This document shows, in pieces, positions 61,102-61,307 of a stretch of 61,307 nt of DNA. The DNA is from a virus, in IMG/VR virus record IMGVR_UViG_3300033475_000023, positions 1 to 61,307 of that record; one strand, written 5' to 3'. Below the pieces are notes generated by a model. It was not told where the DNA came from and did no database searches. It was given only the letters and a program-made list of their open reading frames with translations. Made by a program: the position numbers and the translations under genes. Every line of letters starts with the position of its first letter. The first letter of the stretch is position 1.

Positions 61102-61307
61102 ATGAAAAGGTTACTTACTCTCGCATTGCTGATATTCACAATCAGCAGCTTTGCGCAAACAGATACCACCAGGGTATCGACAATCAATATAAAACTGTTC
61201 AATACGTGGCTACAAAAACAACCGTTATACACCATAACAGGCCAAATAATAGTTGACAGTTTATTAACTAAAAAGTTCAACTATACACAATCGGTTAATC
61301 CACCACC
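61102..61307 (+). CDS. N-terminus (signal peptide plus linker) of the junction-spanning secreted glycoside hydrolase; continues at 122..1985
   Basis: 'MKRLLTLALLIFTISSFAQ' signal peptide; same frame as 228..1985 with no intervening stop. Confidence 0.7.
   Translation, partial: MKRLLTLALLIFTISSFAQTDTTRVSTINIKLFNTWLQKQPLYTITGQIIVDSLLTKKFNYTQSVNPP
61187..61307. repeat. Second copy of the terminal direct repeat (identical to 1-121)
   Basis: Same 121-nt string as the window start. Confidence 0.95.

Noticed and set aside
1-61307. I looked for tRNA genes, CRISPR arrays, an integrase/attP, a reverse transcriptase/DGR, a DNA polymerase and a thymidylate-synthase-like hydroxymethylase
   Set aside because: None was recognised by eye. 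There are no T-loop/acceptor patterns in the intergenic gaps, no spaced direct-repeat arrays, and no Tyr/Ser recombinase, RT or polymerase motifs in the ORF translations. This absence is provisional and should be confirmed with tRNAscan-SE, Infernal and HMM searches.

Overview
The window is a complete ~61.2 kb genome of a tailed dsDNA phage. Bases 1-121 repeat exactly at 61187-61307 (circular assembly or terminal redundancy, unit 61186 bp), and one gene reads across that junction. I count about 120 tightly packed genes, all but two on the + strand. The sequence is AT-rich. Intergenic regions carry Bacteroidota-type promoter boxes (TTTG ... TAnnTTTG), and several proteins have Bacteroidota-style signal peptides, so a Bacteroidota host is likely (inference).

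Layout:
- Envelope/lysis block, 59.6 kb through the junction to 4.3 kb: Cys-rich peptide, membrane proteins, u-spanin-like lipoprotein, secreted glycoside hydrolase, papain-like peptidase, GH25 endolysin, holin.
- Early/recombination/replication block, 4.4-13.5 kb: XRE regulator, YqaJ exonuclease, HhH glycosylase-like protein, MmcB-like nuclease, replication initiator, DnaB.
- Long accessory region of small ORFs, 13.5-35 kb.
- Packaging and siphovirus-like morphogenesis block, 35-59.6 kb: terminase, portal, prohead protease, HK97-like capsid, tail tube, tape measure, fibres.

I recognised no tRNA, CRISPR array, integrase, DNA polymerase or nucleotide-pool enzyme.

The most interesting locus is a five-gene cassette at 18.5-22.6 kb. 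It encodes a TET/JBP-like dioxygenase (frameshifted as assembled), an aGPT-pyrophosphorylase-like protein, a fold-type II PLP enzyme, a P-loop kinase and a C5-methyltransferase-like protein. It looks like a post-replicative DNA base-hypermodification pathway with an unusual combination of parts.

Other notable items:
- a Spo11/Topo VI-A-like 'mini-A' protein;
- a dual-specificity phosphatase;
- a family of conserved promoter/hairpin cassettes;
- structured ORF-free RNAs;
- two ORFs interrupted by in-frame TAA;
- two opposite-strand morons in the structural module;
- a Cys-rich peptide coupled to a 4-TM protein.

All functional calls come from motifs read by eye in the translations. No database search was run.
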